Source: Moniliella sp. 'wahieum'
Taxonomy: Eukaryota
DNA length: 64,000 bases
NCBI GenBank assembly: GCA_003971905.1
Contig: RSEE01000046.1
Location: 248,001 to 312,000, forward strand
Reading direction: 5' to 3'
Positions 1 to 12,660 of this stretch are shown here, in pieces. Positions within the stretch are counted from its first letter, which is position 1. The number at the start of each line of letters is the position of its first letter. Under the pieces are notes generated by a model. The model saw nothing but the letters and a program-made list of their open reading frames with translations, was not told the origin of the DNA and did no database searches. The position numbers and the translations under genes are program-made.

Positions 1-360
1 TGCAACAACCTCACATGTGTGGGTCTCTTTTTGTGGACACAAGCAGAGATGACCAAACTTGTCCCCAACTGAAAAGCTGGCTATATCCTCCACCGCCACA
101 TCGCTCTCCGTCCGCATCCACCTTTTGGGACTGCCAACCTTACAACTAACCACCACACTGAACCTGAACGCGGTATTTCCTGATTTTGTAACACGGGCGG
201 AGATTGGTGCCTCTCCAAAGTCCCCATGTATCTCACTTCGCCATTTTTATACTTCCCTCGCATTTCAACAGGTCTTCTTACAAGTTGCGTCTGTTAGGAG
301 TGAAAGATGGCCAGAATCTCCAGAAGCTTGGAACTCCTCGCCCAAGATCCTGACCAGCGT

Positions 361-1209
361 TGTTACGGGGCGCTCCGGTTATCGCCGGGCGCTGAGCCCC
401 GCATGTCGTAGACATCTCAGCCCAACATGCGTCAGTCCGGTTAGACTAGCGAGTGAGAGCCAGTCGACACCTTATCCTTGCTGCGGATATCATCCGCGGC
501 CCGCCATGGCCGCATGGGCTTATCGGTACGATGCTTTGTGCCTATTGCGTCCAGTCTTGTCAGAACCCTTCCTGCTGCGCCCGACTGCGCAGTGTCAGCG
601 CCTTGGGAAGCAAGGGCTGTGCATTTACCTTTCTGGGAAGTGCCCCGCATTCTGTCTATACCTGTCATGAGGCACTTGAGGCCTAGTTCCTTCTGCTGTA
701 TATAAGCAGCCATGTCTAAGGCTTGCTAGCTGTGGTCCTGGTCGGCCATCCTGTCTATTACCGTTGGTCTCCCCGACTACCAGTTCCTCTCTCGCCCTTC
801 CACCTTCTACCATCCTTACGCTTACGAATTTACGACTTACGTCGAGTGCACTGCAAGCCGCGGTTACTCACATCAGTAGCGCTTGCTCTTTAGGACTCTG
901 TCTGTTCCCGCCAGCTACAGCGTACCAAGTGTGGTAACGCTGCGAGGAACAGAGTAATTCCGGAGCTCCTGGACCCCTTCAGCTGGTCTAACGACCTACG
1001 TACGCGGCTCCTACCTCGGAGGGTCTGGACTGCGGCCTTTGCACGCAGGCAGTCACCCAAACTAGAGGGTCTCTCCCTAGCCTCTACACCCGCTCGGTTC
1101 AACCAGGATCTGGAGCAGGACCTAACGTACGAGCCACCGATTGATCTGTCCAAGGGTTTATACCCCTAAACTACAGGAGGGGTCCCACCTCGGGACCCCC
1201 CCCATGACA
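361..1209. mobile_element. Solo LTR of an LTR retrotransposon (849 bp)
   Basis: Begins TGTTA at 361 and ends TGACA at 1205-1209. Flanked by an identical 5-bp direct repeat AGCGT at 356-360 and 1210-1214. Internal TATA-like TATATAAG near 699. No recognisable coding domain inside. Confidence 0.75.
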
Positions 1210-2937
1210 AGCGTGGCGGTACGGGGGAAAATGGTTTTGTGCCAGTTGCGTGGCGCGGTCTCTCTTCAGCCCTAGATCCAAAAGGTGAGGGGTGACTCGC
1301 ATGCCACGAGAGCCCTCTAAATCCCTTTCATATCCATACTCTCAAGAATGCGTTCACTCTCGCATCACGCCTTCTCGCTCAGGAAATTAAAAGCATTGAG
1401 TTCGTCCCGCACACTGAGATTCGGTTTGCGCACACAGAAGCCCAGCGACACCAGTAGTAATATTCCCAATGACCAAAGGAGGAACAAGATCAGCACAGCG
1501 AACGATCCCCTCTCGACAAGGCAAGGGAATATGTATATCCTTTGTTAAAGTAAACCCTTTTGCACCCCCGGGATGGAAGCAGTCTCCTTATCATGGGACT
1601 GAGGACGCGCCAGTTGGATGTAATAAGGAGCGCGTGAGAAATCATGAACGAAGGCGAGCCGTCGGCGGGTCCGACAGAGTCCAGGTGCTTCCTCCGTCAT
1701 TGTTCGGGCCCCAACCTAATCTACTTAACAAGACACCCCATCAGGTCTGAACCCAAACGAGCCGACAATAGTTCAGTGCTAAATGCCCTAACCCAATCCC
1801 GTCCGCGAAGATCGTTGGACGATGATGCCATATGCCCGATAGCCGAGACGCGGTGGCCATTCATCCAACCTATTCCTTGTTGTGACAATAATCGCCCTTG
1901 ATGGCCTATGGTTTCCCTTCCCGCTCAGCGTACACTCTGTTTCCATTTGAAAACTGAATGCAAGTCGCTGCTTTGTTTTCCTTCCTCCTGTTGAAAAGAA
2001 ATGAGTTCTCCGGTCTGTTGGCGCCTCTTCCCAGTCTCACCTTCCCCTTCCTTGCCCTATTTAGACCCCATATGCACATCTCCCCTCTCCATCTGTTATG
2101 ATGGGCATTCTCGAATTTGACCCTATCGAAGTCTCGATGCTCTGCGCAACCATCATAGCCGAGCTCGGTCTCAACCCCAATCTAGTTACGGATTGTGGTT
2201 GGCGGCTGAATTCCGACGGTCAAGGTGATCCTCGACCCTACCTGTTCAGTCTTTTTGGTGATATGATATAATAGTTGCCCGTGGCCTCTTGATACTTTGA
2301 GTTCTCACAGAGACATCGAGCCGAGTAATTTTGGGGAAGTTCCGATGATTGGGAAAGGCCATCCTGGGCATCGTGGCAACGGGATGGGGGACGGGAAGAA
2401 CTGGAAGAGCGCCTGGGCATCGGGAATAAAGAACAGAGGATGTGCCCACATGGAATGGGTGTGAAAAGCAAAGGGCAGGGCTACCCAACCGTGTGGAAAC
2501 AAGGGAGACGCCCCACAAACGCACGGGACCGTTCCAAGAAAAAACGAGAACCCAAAGGCCCTGTAAAGGGAACCCCGGACTGTACAGGCTGCATTTTGGA
2601 TTTGAGTCCAATCTAAGGCCCGCCTGCTCTGCACATGCCTTGGAGAGCGCGCTTCGATGTCTAACCAAGTGTGATGATGATTGCTTAAACCATGTATGAA
2701 GTTGCCCGAGTAGCCATGCATCCGCGCGACAATAGTCGCCCACCGCTCAGTCAAGTCAAAAAGTTACTATGAGGCCACTAGTACAATAAGTTTCCGGTGT
2801 CTTTGACGACTGTCGCCCTGTCACCACTTACTTTACCTCTTCGTTGCGCCTGCGGCAACCAACCCTTCTGTTGACATGGCTTCCTTTCTACACCCCTTTT
2901 GTATCCGTTTTCCCATTTGATAGTAGCTTCACCTTCC

Positions 2938-3236
2938 CATTCTCGTCCCTTTCCCCTGACTTCTGTCCAACTCCAACCCGTTTTTCCAGCCAATGGATTC
3001 AGTACAGGCAAACCTCGTCTCCGCTTAGCTGCCTCCTCATCTTCCAACCCGTCCTCTAGCTTCCCATCCGCCCCGTCGCGCGAGCCTTTCTTCGGCCGCG
3101 TCGATTCCCCGTACCAGCTTATCGCGTGTGTTTCCTTTCCACTGTCCACTTCGACAGCCGCCCCTGTCCAGCCTCGCTGTGGCAGTGTTTGTTCTCCACT
3201 GCATCAACCCATCCGTAAACCCCGGAGACTTCAGAC
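2938..3236 (-). repeat. Diverged ~300-bp dispersed repeat, copy A (inverted relative to 7693-7996)
   Basis: Its reverse complement aligns colinearly with 7693-7996. Exact shared blocks include ACAAACACTGCCA, GGGCGGCTGTCGA, GGGGAATCGACGC, AAGGCTCGCGCGAC and GAGGCAGCTAAG. Confidence 0.85.
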
Positions 3237-3579
3237 TAACCGCCTTCAAAATTTCCCCTGCTCTCCTAACGCCACTGAATGCATTGTCTTCATCGAGGAC
3301 TATGACTGCTGGTCACTTGGTACCTGATAGCATTGCTCTCCCAGAAACTACTGTACTAAGCAGGGTAAGTGACGATACTAGCCGCTGCCTAACGTCCATT
3401 GGTGTGTACACTCGCAGCAGGGATATCGGGGAAACTAGAGAAATACAGATTTCAAACGGGAGTTCTCGTGTTCATAACTACCCGAATTTGGACTGAAAGT
3501 GGGAACCGGGATTGAAGCCAGGAGTCCGAAGTCTGGGGGTTGGAAGCTTGATAGGTTGAAGTCAGGAATGGCGAAACAC

Positions 3580-3697
3580 TACATGGCTAATCGAAATTTT
3601 GCGCACAATCTTGCACAGCCTTGCCCACCTTGAATTTTGTACGTAGTCCTCATATCTATCCGGAACCTTGTTACCAGCATTTTCGATTAGCTATGTA
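3580..3697. mobile_element. MITE-like element with TA flanks (Tc1/mariner-type TSD)
   Basis: TA-CATGGCTAATCGAAA at 3580-3596 and TTTCGATTAGCTATG-TA at 3681-3697 form terminal inverted repeats with one mismatch. A related terminus recurs at about 50137-50172. Confidence 0.65.
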
Positions 3698-4263
3698 AGC
3701 GGCAGCTGAGGTGTAGAAAGCTGATAGAGGCCAGAGGATGGAACAGAGCAGATAACTAAGAAGATGTGGGCTTTGATCTCTACTGCGGATTCATTGACGA
3801 TGAGAGGTGAGGATGTCAATCACTCATAGGGATAAACCATGAACCATTTGCGTACATGCAGGCTCAAATGAGAACAACTCGTCGTTGGGCACCGCTGCAC
3901 ATGGCTTCTACTGTCGAACTCGGGGTTGGGCATGGGAGCGGGATATGTTGAGATATCACAAAGTCTCGGATCTTAAATTGGATAGAGTCTATGGAGGTCC
4001 GCAATATCAGACTTCCCATCACACAGAGTACACTACATGAACTCACACCCAGTGACTAGTTGTTTCATCAGTTCTACTCAACGGGGGAGGAGAAAGCATG
4101 GCCATGTGGGGTACACTGACCCAAATGCTATTGCGAGACCGACAACAGGCCTATAGTCCTCTTGCATGCCTGGATATTGAGCTTTTTGGGGAAGTGACGA
4201 AAGCCAAGAGAGCGCGTTGAATCCGCCTACCCCTTTGCGCCTTATCAGTGCTCGCACATCTCC

Positions 4264-4350
4264 TGTCATAGTTTGGCTGATCCGCTCTTATTTCTTTCTT
4301 CGTCACGATCGTCTCGTTCCTTCCCTGTTTAACCTTACTGGCATGTCTTT
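4264..4350 (+). repeat. Diverged direct repeat, copy 1 (LTR-start-like); related to 9100-9195
   Basis: CTGTCATAGTTTGGCTGAT is exact at 4263 and 9099, followed by about 70 bp of gapped similarity (TTTCTTCGTC..CGTCTCG.TCCTTCCCTGTT). Similarity begins at a TGTCA. Confidence 0.7.
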
Positions 4351-5599
4351 GTCAGTCTGGTGGGTTTTAAAAACCTGACTATTGCATCCGAGCGAATGTT
4401 ATTGGGTTCTCAAAGCAACTAAATAACGCAAGAAACAACTCCTGGGAGAACAGTGTACCTTCCCTGTTAGGAGGTACTTAGAGTGGATGTACCTTATCCT
4501 CTTGACAGGAAAATCTGCCCCAATAACCTTGTTCATTCCTCACCAAGGCTTCTATCTGTTCGATCTATTTCTACAGAGGGTGAAGTTAAGATTCACCCAA
4601 TTTCTCATAACCCAATAGAAAAAGGTGAGCACACCAACATCACTGCAAACTGAAAAGCATGTAGTGGATTCATTGGGTTGGATTGCATGGAACCATTTTC
4701 GTTTGTATCCAATATGGCCATTCTATGCCTCAGTTTTGCTAGTGTCTTTGCCTCTGTCACGTGCCCTTTTACAGAACCTTTATCAGATACTGCACCGGGG
4801 ATGGCTGCAACAGTTCAAGCTACTATGATCAAAACCTTCGTCCTCGATTACCACACTTCGTTAGACATCAACTGGCTTCACCCAAAATCAAAAACAATTA
4901 TGCGTTGCCCATTGCGTCTGTGCACAACGGTCGCAATCAGGGCCGGTACTTTTTTGGTTTGCACGTTCGAGCAATCATAAGACATCTAGCGTCTGAAAGT
5001 CTGATTTGGAAAAGAATCTCTCGCGCGAATTTCGTCCCGAGGCAATATATATTCTGGGCAAGGATCTTTACTCTTTACCATAGTATAAGAGTACTTTTGC
5101 AATTTAGATGAAACGCGATCACGGCGAATCTGAACATCGAGGATGAAGACGATGAGGCACCACTACTGAACACGATCGCCTCTCCAAATGGCTCGGGTTT
5201 TGTTACTTCGGCTTCAGTATCTCTTCATCTGATCGTCAACCTGCTGGTCGCTTTATTTGTGGCATCATTTATCAGCAACGCAACATTTCTCGCGGTCACC
5301 ATTGCCCAAGAGCCGTCCATCGATCAACTTTGAGTTTCTCTGCCGAGCCAATTATTACCTCTCTCCCATCATCGATGTAGGAAGGGTGTTTAACAACTCG
5401 AGAAAGAATCGTTTGATTCCGTCCGTAATAATTGAAAGGATGGGCGAGGCAAGGAGGAATGTCGCAAGTGCTACACACCTCTAGGGACCACCTGGCCCGT
5501 TTACACAACTGGATATTGCAAATGGAATGGTGGGCTGTCCCTTGCTTTGCTAACCCGATGGACATAATCCTTTTTCTGTGATGCAAACTAGGCGTGGCC

Positions 5600-6340
5600 A
5601 CATTAGTTTTCAGTCGCCAAACGTACTCAACGTATCCGAGTTTGCCTGCACACAGACGAGAACGAATTCAAACATTGCCGCCTACAAACCAACGCGTTCC
5701 AGTCGCCTCACCAACCCTGTCAGATGACTATTTCAGCAACGGGTGGATGTTTGAGAAGTCATAGGCATCGATGAACAAACATAACGACACGGGCTATGTA
5801 TTCACTATACGATTGCCATAAATGTCATGCCACCCTATAAAAAAAGGACAAAATTGGCACCACCTCTGATACATCCTGCATATCTTTGGATTCTTTTGGC
5901 ATGGTCGGATGGTATGTTGAGCTCGTTTATTACTTGTGCGCTGATAGAGCAACCGGCACCTCCCATTATTCAGCGGCGATGCCAAGATATGGCGCATCTT
6001 CTACACCGAGAATCGGTAATCGTATGGAAACCGTCGGTGTCATCGGAATGTGACATTGTAACCTGCCCATTACGCCCAGTCCAGTCACTGGATGTCATGA
6101 CCACCAAGGCAATATTTACGTGTTGGTGAGCCAAACTTTCAACGTGATTTCAAACCAAAAAACATTGCCCCCAGTCTTCGTCAGAGGGGAAGAGGTTAAA
6201 ACAGAAATGACCCTGAATTCGCATGTCAACCTTTGGAGGAAAACTTTTGCTGGGCGTATGATCCATATCAGGTACAACGTCACCGAAGTGGCAACGATCC
6301 GGTCGATGGAAATCCACTGGTGCTGGCAGCAAAAAAGTGG
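5600..6340 (-). pseudogene. Possible decayed GT31/fringe-like glycosyltransferase
   Basis: Hand translation of the minus strand gives, in order and across frames and stops: SDDT, YLGIAAE, GGAGCSISAQVINELN, KRIQRYAGCIRGG, GWHDIY and FVGGNV*..AGKLGY. This resembles the motif order of fungal GT31 proteins (DDDT, YxGxxSE, GGAGxxxS, GGD, WxDI, VGGxN, LGYS). Recognition is by eye only. Confidence 0.35.
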
Positions 6341-7692
6341 GGCCAGCTTTTCCTTCCGTGGGTTAGAAAAATACAACAAGGCTGAGGGACACAGTGGATC
6401 AGGAGAATTGGCAAAACACTAGTCCCTCTTTGAGGCGGTTACTGTTGCTCGTTGCGAGGTGACCTCGCTAACAAGCCCAATGCACAACTGGAGACGACGA
6501 AACTGCCATCCAGACAGGCCACAGGTATAACCAGTGAACCGCAGAAGAAATGACCCTTACGATCTAGCTCCTGAGAACTATACTCGCCATCCACCAGAAG
6601 AAGAAGAAAAGAAATGTAAGAACGTTGTCAGAGAGCAATGCCACTAACCGCATGTCACGACGTACTGTGTAGTACGCAAGTCGTCCAAGCAACATATTCT
6701 TGATCCGTTTTATGAAACAAGAGCACGGCTCGCATATGTTACCGGGTTACTGATTACCCGCGGAGACCATGTCTATAGCCACAGAAGAGCCCGCGACTCA
6801 GGCAGGACTGAACGCGTTTCAGATTCCAAATCTAACTGATACTGAAGCGATGTCCTGATGATCTACCCGGCGGCTGTGAAACCGCACTAGATGCTGAAGC
6901 GTATAGGGCAATGATTGCGTAAGCGATGAATCGTGGGCGAGCCATGAATGGGTGTTGAGAAACAGGAGTGCTATACGGCAGAAGGTTATTCAGAAGGTTA
7001 TTACAGCTCGCCGGCTCACATGTGGTTATGCACGGCGTGCCGCCAGCCTTCGGAGTCCCCACATCCTTGATGGCTTTAGTGGTGAGAAACCGGAAATACT
7101 CTGCGACCATCAGTCGATCACTATGCCATCAGTCTTTTGATTTGGTGTGGACATCGGGTGGTCCCACGCTAGCAGCTTTTGTATGTGTCGTTGGCCCACA
7201 GCCTGGAGGCGTCTGAAAAATTACACGTAGGTTAGGCATGAAGGCGGGACGTGGCACCAAGGAGCGACGTAGGCAAGCCAGTAGATGGAACAATGTATAT
7301 ATTTGTATAGACAGCTGGCACAATGCGGAGTGTGTGGAGCAAGGAGGAGATGTGAAGAGCAATTGGGGTATTTGCGACAAAGATACAGGCGGGGGGGGAC
7401 AAGAAGAGGGGGGGGCAAAGGGGATCAGCGGAGCAAGGGAGGGGGATGGAGCAAAAATGATCGATGGTCCAGAGGTGGTGGGCTCGATCCATGTAACCGT
7501 GAATTACGACGACCCTGTCACAGGCGGGCCCTGCCAGGGGGCTCACCGAGGTTGGTGGGGTACACGACTCGCGGTAGTTTCGGGCTTGGGCTATTTGGTG
7601 GATCCGAGCCGAGGAGAAACCTTTGGGCGTGAAGCGGAGGTGGCCGCACGCTTGGTAGGGCTGAGTATGCGCCGGCTTGGGGATAGTAACGC

Positions 7693-7996
7693 GTCTGAAG
7701 CTCCGGGGCTTAGGGACGCGTGGATGCAGTGGAGGACAAACACTGCCAGGGTTGAAGCTGGGCAGGGCGGCTGTCGACGTATCCGTGAAAGGAACCCACA
7801 CCATATGCTGTGGTACTAGGGGGAATCGACGCCGCTGAAGGAAGGCTCGCGCGACTGGGCGGATGGAAAGCTGGAGGACGAGGTTGGATGATGAAGATGA
7901 GGCAGCTAAGTGGAGGCGAGAAGTTGCCTGTATTCTCGATCAATTGGCTGGAAACGGTCAGGAGTTGGACAAGAAAGGTGGGAAGCGACGAGAATG
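7693..7996 (+). repeat. Diverged ~300-bp dispersed repeat, copy B (inverted relative to 2938-3236)
   Basis: See copy A. The ORF track also shows matching peptides in both copies (MQWRTNTA, GIDAAE.RLAR.GGW.A.GR). Confidence 0.85.
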
Positions 7997-9099
7997 ATCG
8001 ATGATGCTGACTATTGGTTGACCCCTTTTTGGTAGCCCCCTCCTGTCTAAGCCCCATCACATCGGCATAGATGTTGACAGAGCGAAGCAGAGGAAGCTGC
8101 TAGAGTGCGACTTGGGAGCACTCGCGATCCTACGAATCAGCTGCAAATCAGCCTTCAGACAAGGCGTGAAGGCAAAGTGGTGAGCCACAAGTCTTCAAGC
8201 AACGTCTGTAGGTAAAGGGAGACAGGAGAGAAGGGAGATGAAGCGAGCAGGGCGTGCGCGCCCTGCGAGCGGAACTCATCCGCACGGCTAAGGGACCGTC
8301 ACCGATCCACTGAGGGTCGTGCAGGGGAGCCCCAGCACTACCCTCCAACAGAAACAAGCGGAGGCTGCGAAGGCACTAAGAATATCATCCGATAGCACTT
8401 CCTCGTAGAGAAATAATATCACCGATGCTTGCTGGCTGCAGGAGGCGTGGAAGGTGGCACGGGGCAGCTGATGTAAAAAGTGCACAGGGCGAATCGAGAG
8501 ATACTATAATCTAGGGAGCAGAATGCGACAAGAACGCCAAGTACCAGGGACGCACTCAAGAGCCGTTTTTCCTCCTGGTTTTGACGACGCGAGGATACTA
8601 CGGCACCAAGACGGCGGGCAAGTTGTTTGCGCTTTGGAAGGATTTGGCTACTAAGTCTCAGTGGAAATGGTTCCTCGCTCGAATGTCAACCACGTTCATC
8701 CATGTCCACAAGCGCTTCCTAGGGTACGGGACCGGATGGCGAGAGCCGGAGGGTCCTGATATCCTGGCGATCCCCTGGTTCCTTGACCTTAGTGGCGCTT
8801 CCAAGTAACCCCCGCAAGATGAACGGTTAGGTTTAGACGTAGCGTTCCCCCTGTTCCAGCCTTAAGCTCTGTCAATGAAATGGACGCGATCTAGGTATAT
8901 CGGAGAGGCTGCCAGCACTTCATACGGAGATACAGACAGATGAGATCATATGACCGCGGAGATATAGAAAGGTAGGAGCCGTTGAGAAGCCACGAAGGGG
9001 GCGGTTGGAAAAATAAAAGTGACTTTGTGTTGAGCACCTTGATACTGTTGGGAATGACAGTGTTTTGATCAGGAAGTAGGAGAATCATCCAAACGAAAC

Positions 9100-9195
9100 T
9101 GTCATAGTTTGGCTGATCTCGCTCCCATTTCCAATTTCTTCGTCTCGAGCGTCTCGCTCCTTCCCTGTTCCTTCCACTTCGCACCATGTCCTCTG
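9100..9195 (+). repeat. Diverged direct repeat, copy 2 (LTR-start-like); related to 4264-4350
   Basis: Shares the exact 19-mer CTGTCATAGTTTGGCTGAT and downstream similarity with the copy at 4263. Confidence 0.7.
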
Positions 9196-10449
9196 TTCTT
9201 GCTTCTTCCCCACGAATGATTGCTACACCCCTTTCTAACGGTCATGCAACCCGGGACTGGATGTCTCTTGCTCTGGAACGACTGAGTCCCTGAAAGAGGG
9301 ACTTTTGGCTGTTTTCGCCTTCTGTGAGATTGGGGAACTTGCCGCAGCATGGGGCGAATATCGGGATATATAGGCATGAAAGACAAGATCTCAAGACTTG
9401 AATGGGATTCGTGCTGGAACAAAACACGCGAAATGGGGGGGAAAACATGGAGACATCCCCAAATGACAAAAACGTGACGTACCTGTCTGGACGCAGAATT
9501 TTTTGAAAGGTTGGCCACAAAGTTGACACAGACATTGAAGGACTGAGGATCAGACCGGCCCTGTCACAGAACAACTCTCAACTCTAAGATGACAGCGGGA
9601 TCTGTACAGAGGAGACTGCAAGCTGGAGGGAGATTGACGGCAAAGGATGCCTCCATATGGGCGGAGGGGTTCGGGAAGACCAAGGGGTGGCCCCTGAAGC
9701 AGGTCGGTGGGATTGCTGGTGAGCTAGCGAGTAACGCGAGTGTTGTCTGTGGTGGGTCGACGGAGGATGGATTCGTAAGATGATCATGTTGTTACAAAAT
9801 GTCCCGCGAAGGGAAACATAGTAGAAGAAAGGCTACTTATACGTACAGGAACTGTAAGGAAGCAAAACATACAATAACTCGTAGAAAGCTAAGGAAGGGA
9901 TAAAGGCGAATGACTCTCAAAGGAGCACTGATCAACAAGTAGGGAAAGGTTTCCTAGAGGAACAGGAACAGCCAAACACGAAAAAGACCCAAAGTGCCCA
10001 TTAAAGGTTGTCCGCCCTCAACAAGAACGTAAAAGGCACGAGGGGAGAATCCCACAACGAAGAAGAGACGCCCAGATCAAAAAACGGACGTCCAGATCTG
10101 GCAGCTCAACGAGCTCACTTGCGCTCAAGACCCAAGACCAAATATTTGAAGTAGAATCAAATCAGTGGGGACTCAGAGCTCACGCACCGCTCCTCCAAGG
10201 AAAAGCACCACTAAACCGTGGGTTGGGCTCCTGTTCGGGACCCGCCCATGACGGGATGCTTTTGATGAATGAGCTGTGCTGCAAAGCAAAGCAAAGCAAA
10301 AACAATCTATGTGGATTTGAACACTACATATCATGAGGCGCTGAACCTTTTTTGTTGGGTACGTTGAGCATACCACATCCCGTACATTGATAGCACAATT
10401 GATAGCAAGCCACGATGAATAGGCCGTACAGCGAGCACCTTGGCCACTT

Positions 10450-12660
10450 TCACTTGTCGCCCGGGCGAGGATCATCGAGATCATTTAAGGTGCGCAAAGT
10501 GCGGTGGAACGATTTGGAGTACGCCAGGTCCCATTCCAGCAGTGGCTTCCATATCCATCCCGAACTTTGTTCTTCCTCTTGTTCAGCCACTGGTGATGGA
10601 GTGGGAGGAAGGCCCTCATCATCGTTATCACCATCATCATCATCCCCCTGCATCTTCGCCTCGGATTGACCCGCCTCCCTAATAACTGGCCCGTCAATAT
10701 CTGTATCCAACTCTTGGTTCCTGGCCAGGATTTCTCCGTTTTCTTCGACCTCCTTCTTGTCCGTAGCAAACGGATCTGGCGCCTTCCCGCGGGTACGTTT
10801 ACTTGGCCCCGAAACATCCTCCCATTCCTCGTCCTCGTCATCCTCGGTATCTTGTGGTGCGGGCCGTTTGTTCCCCAGCACCGCCGCTGAACGCTGGTTG
10901 ATAGCATCTAAGGCACGAGGTACTCCACCCAGATCGGCCGGATCAGATGGTACTGTGGGGTTTCCCTGCAAACGGGCCGCGGCAACGTCCTCATCACTGT
11001 CATCGTCCGCATCCGGATCCAATTTGCGGTCAAAGAGAGCGGCGTAGTGCTCTCGTTCCTCACAATCGCCCCCACCTTCAGTGATCACGTTTTCAGTCTC
11101 CTCTTGCTTCTCCAACGCTTCTGGGCGATCTTGAGGGGCCAGCAGGACTTGTGAATTCTTGTGCAAGTAGGTAGACTCGTCTGTCACCTCGGATTGTAGT
11201 GCTGAGCGGTAGTCGTTCAGTTCCGTCTCATTGATGGGACGTTGGCTAGGTTCTTGGGCAGCCGTAGAAGCAGCGGCTGTGCCCGCTACCTCGATTGCTG
11301 CCGATGGAGTTGCAGGTTCGGATCCAGACAAGACCTCTTCCCGAGGACGTAGGTCATCGCCCAAATTCCCCTGGTCGACAAAGAGGTCTCGAACGTGTTG
11401 GCTAGGTCGGAGGGTTTGGCGAAATGCCTCATTGTTCCGGTGCGAAGGCATGACGCCCACTTTTCCTACTCCATCCAAGGCGCCTGTCACCTCATCCATC
11501 AGTTTGGGGGGGGCGGTCCGCCGAGGGACTCTTCATCCAGGCAAAGACGGGCTCCTTGCCCAAAACAAGAATGTTGCGCAACCGGACCCGATCCGTCTGA
11601 GGGACAGTACGTTGACCTACCCCCCCAAGACGGGATGGCTGTCCCTTGCGACACTTGGGTCAAGCGAGGGGGCGGACGTGTGTTTGGCATCCGGGGGTGG
11701 GAGAGGAAGAGTAAGGTAACGGGAAGAAGTGAGGGCTTCCACATCGACGCTTCATCGCTCAAAACATCCTCCGCGTCCCCCGGGGCAGGCGAAGTAGAAC
11801 GGGAAGGATGACCGGCTTGTACAGCTCGGAGTGCCATCTGATGATCTGCCTGGTGTGCTCCGGTCGCTCCCTCGACGTTTGCACCACGTCCGCGCCTGCG
11901 GCGTCGGACGAGGGCGCGCTCAACACTCTGCTGAGAGTGCAAGCGCAAGGAAGAGATGGATACTTGACGTCCAAACAGCACGCTGTACCAAGCCCGATCA
12001 AGCGCCTCCAGAGTCAAGAGGACAGACTTGAGTCCGGCTAGTGCGGCATCGGGGAGGCGGACGGCCAGCTGGTCGGGGTCGGTATCGTCAGCGGTACTTG
12101 GGCGGTCCACGGGGGAATACCCAGGCACGTCTTCCAACACTACGGCCGTGATGCGAAGCAAATAGGAGATCTGCAGTGCACCCGTTGTCCCATAGAGCGG
12201 GATGGTGAGAATAATGTCAAGTAAGTTGTTGACCGCGCTGAGGTAGGCTGTAAGCGTTGGGAGCGAGCTCGTCGCTTCGTGCCTGGGGCAAATGAGTCAG
12301 AACAAACAGTAGGGGCCAAATGGATGCACAAACATACCGTTTGGCCACGCCGCGAGAGATGGTGGTAAACTGGTCGTCGACATATGCCCGCAGCCGCTCC
12401 TCCTGCTTGGTGGTCAACTTGCGGGGGGGGACAGGGTCGTCGGGTGGCAACGCAGACAGCGTGTGGTCGGAGTCGCGTAGAGTGCGGGAGGAGGGGGAGG
12501 CCCATGCACTTGGGGCAAAGTAGCCGCCCTGGTGTCCATGGTGGCAGTGGTGGTGACAGTGGCAGTGGTGGTGGTAGTGACGGCAGTGGTGGTGGTGGTG
12601 GTACTGGGGGTGGTATTGGTCGTCGAGAGCCCTAGCGCCAAGGCGCGCACGTTTCAGCCT
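10450..12660 (-). CDS. Probable Tfb6-like (TFIIH-associated) protein with a long acidic insertion
   Basis: Joined ORFs give QEERLRAYVDDQFTTISRGVAKR, MLRITAVVLEDVPGY, LLTLEALDRAWYSVL and a C-terminal EWDLAYSKSFHRTLRTL, a pattern resembling fungal Tfb6-domain proteins. Intron near 12283-12339 (GTATGT..CTGAC..CAG). Start codon uncertain. Confidence 0.5.

Noticed and set aside
1619..1887. Possible small solo LTR (TGTAA...TGACA)
   Set aside because: The flanks TTGGA and ATAAT do not form a TSD, and there is no second copy in the window.
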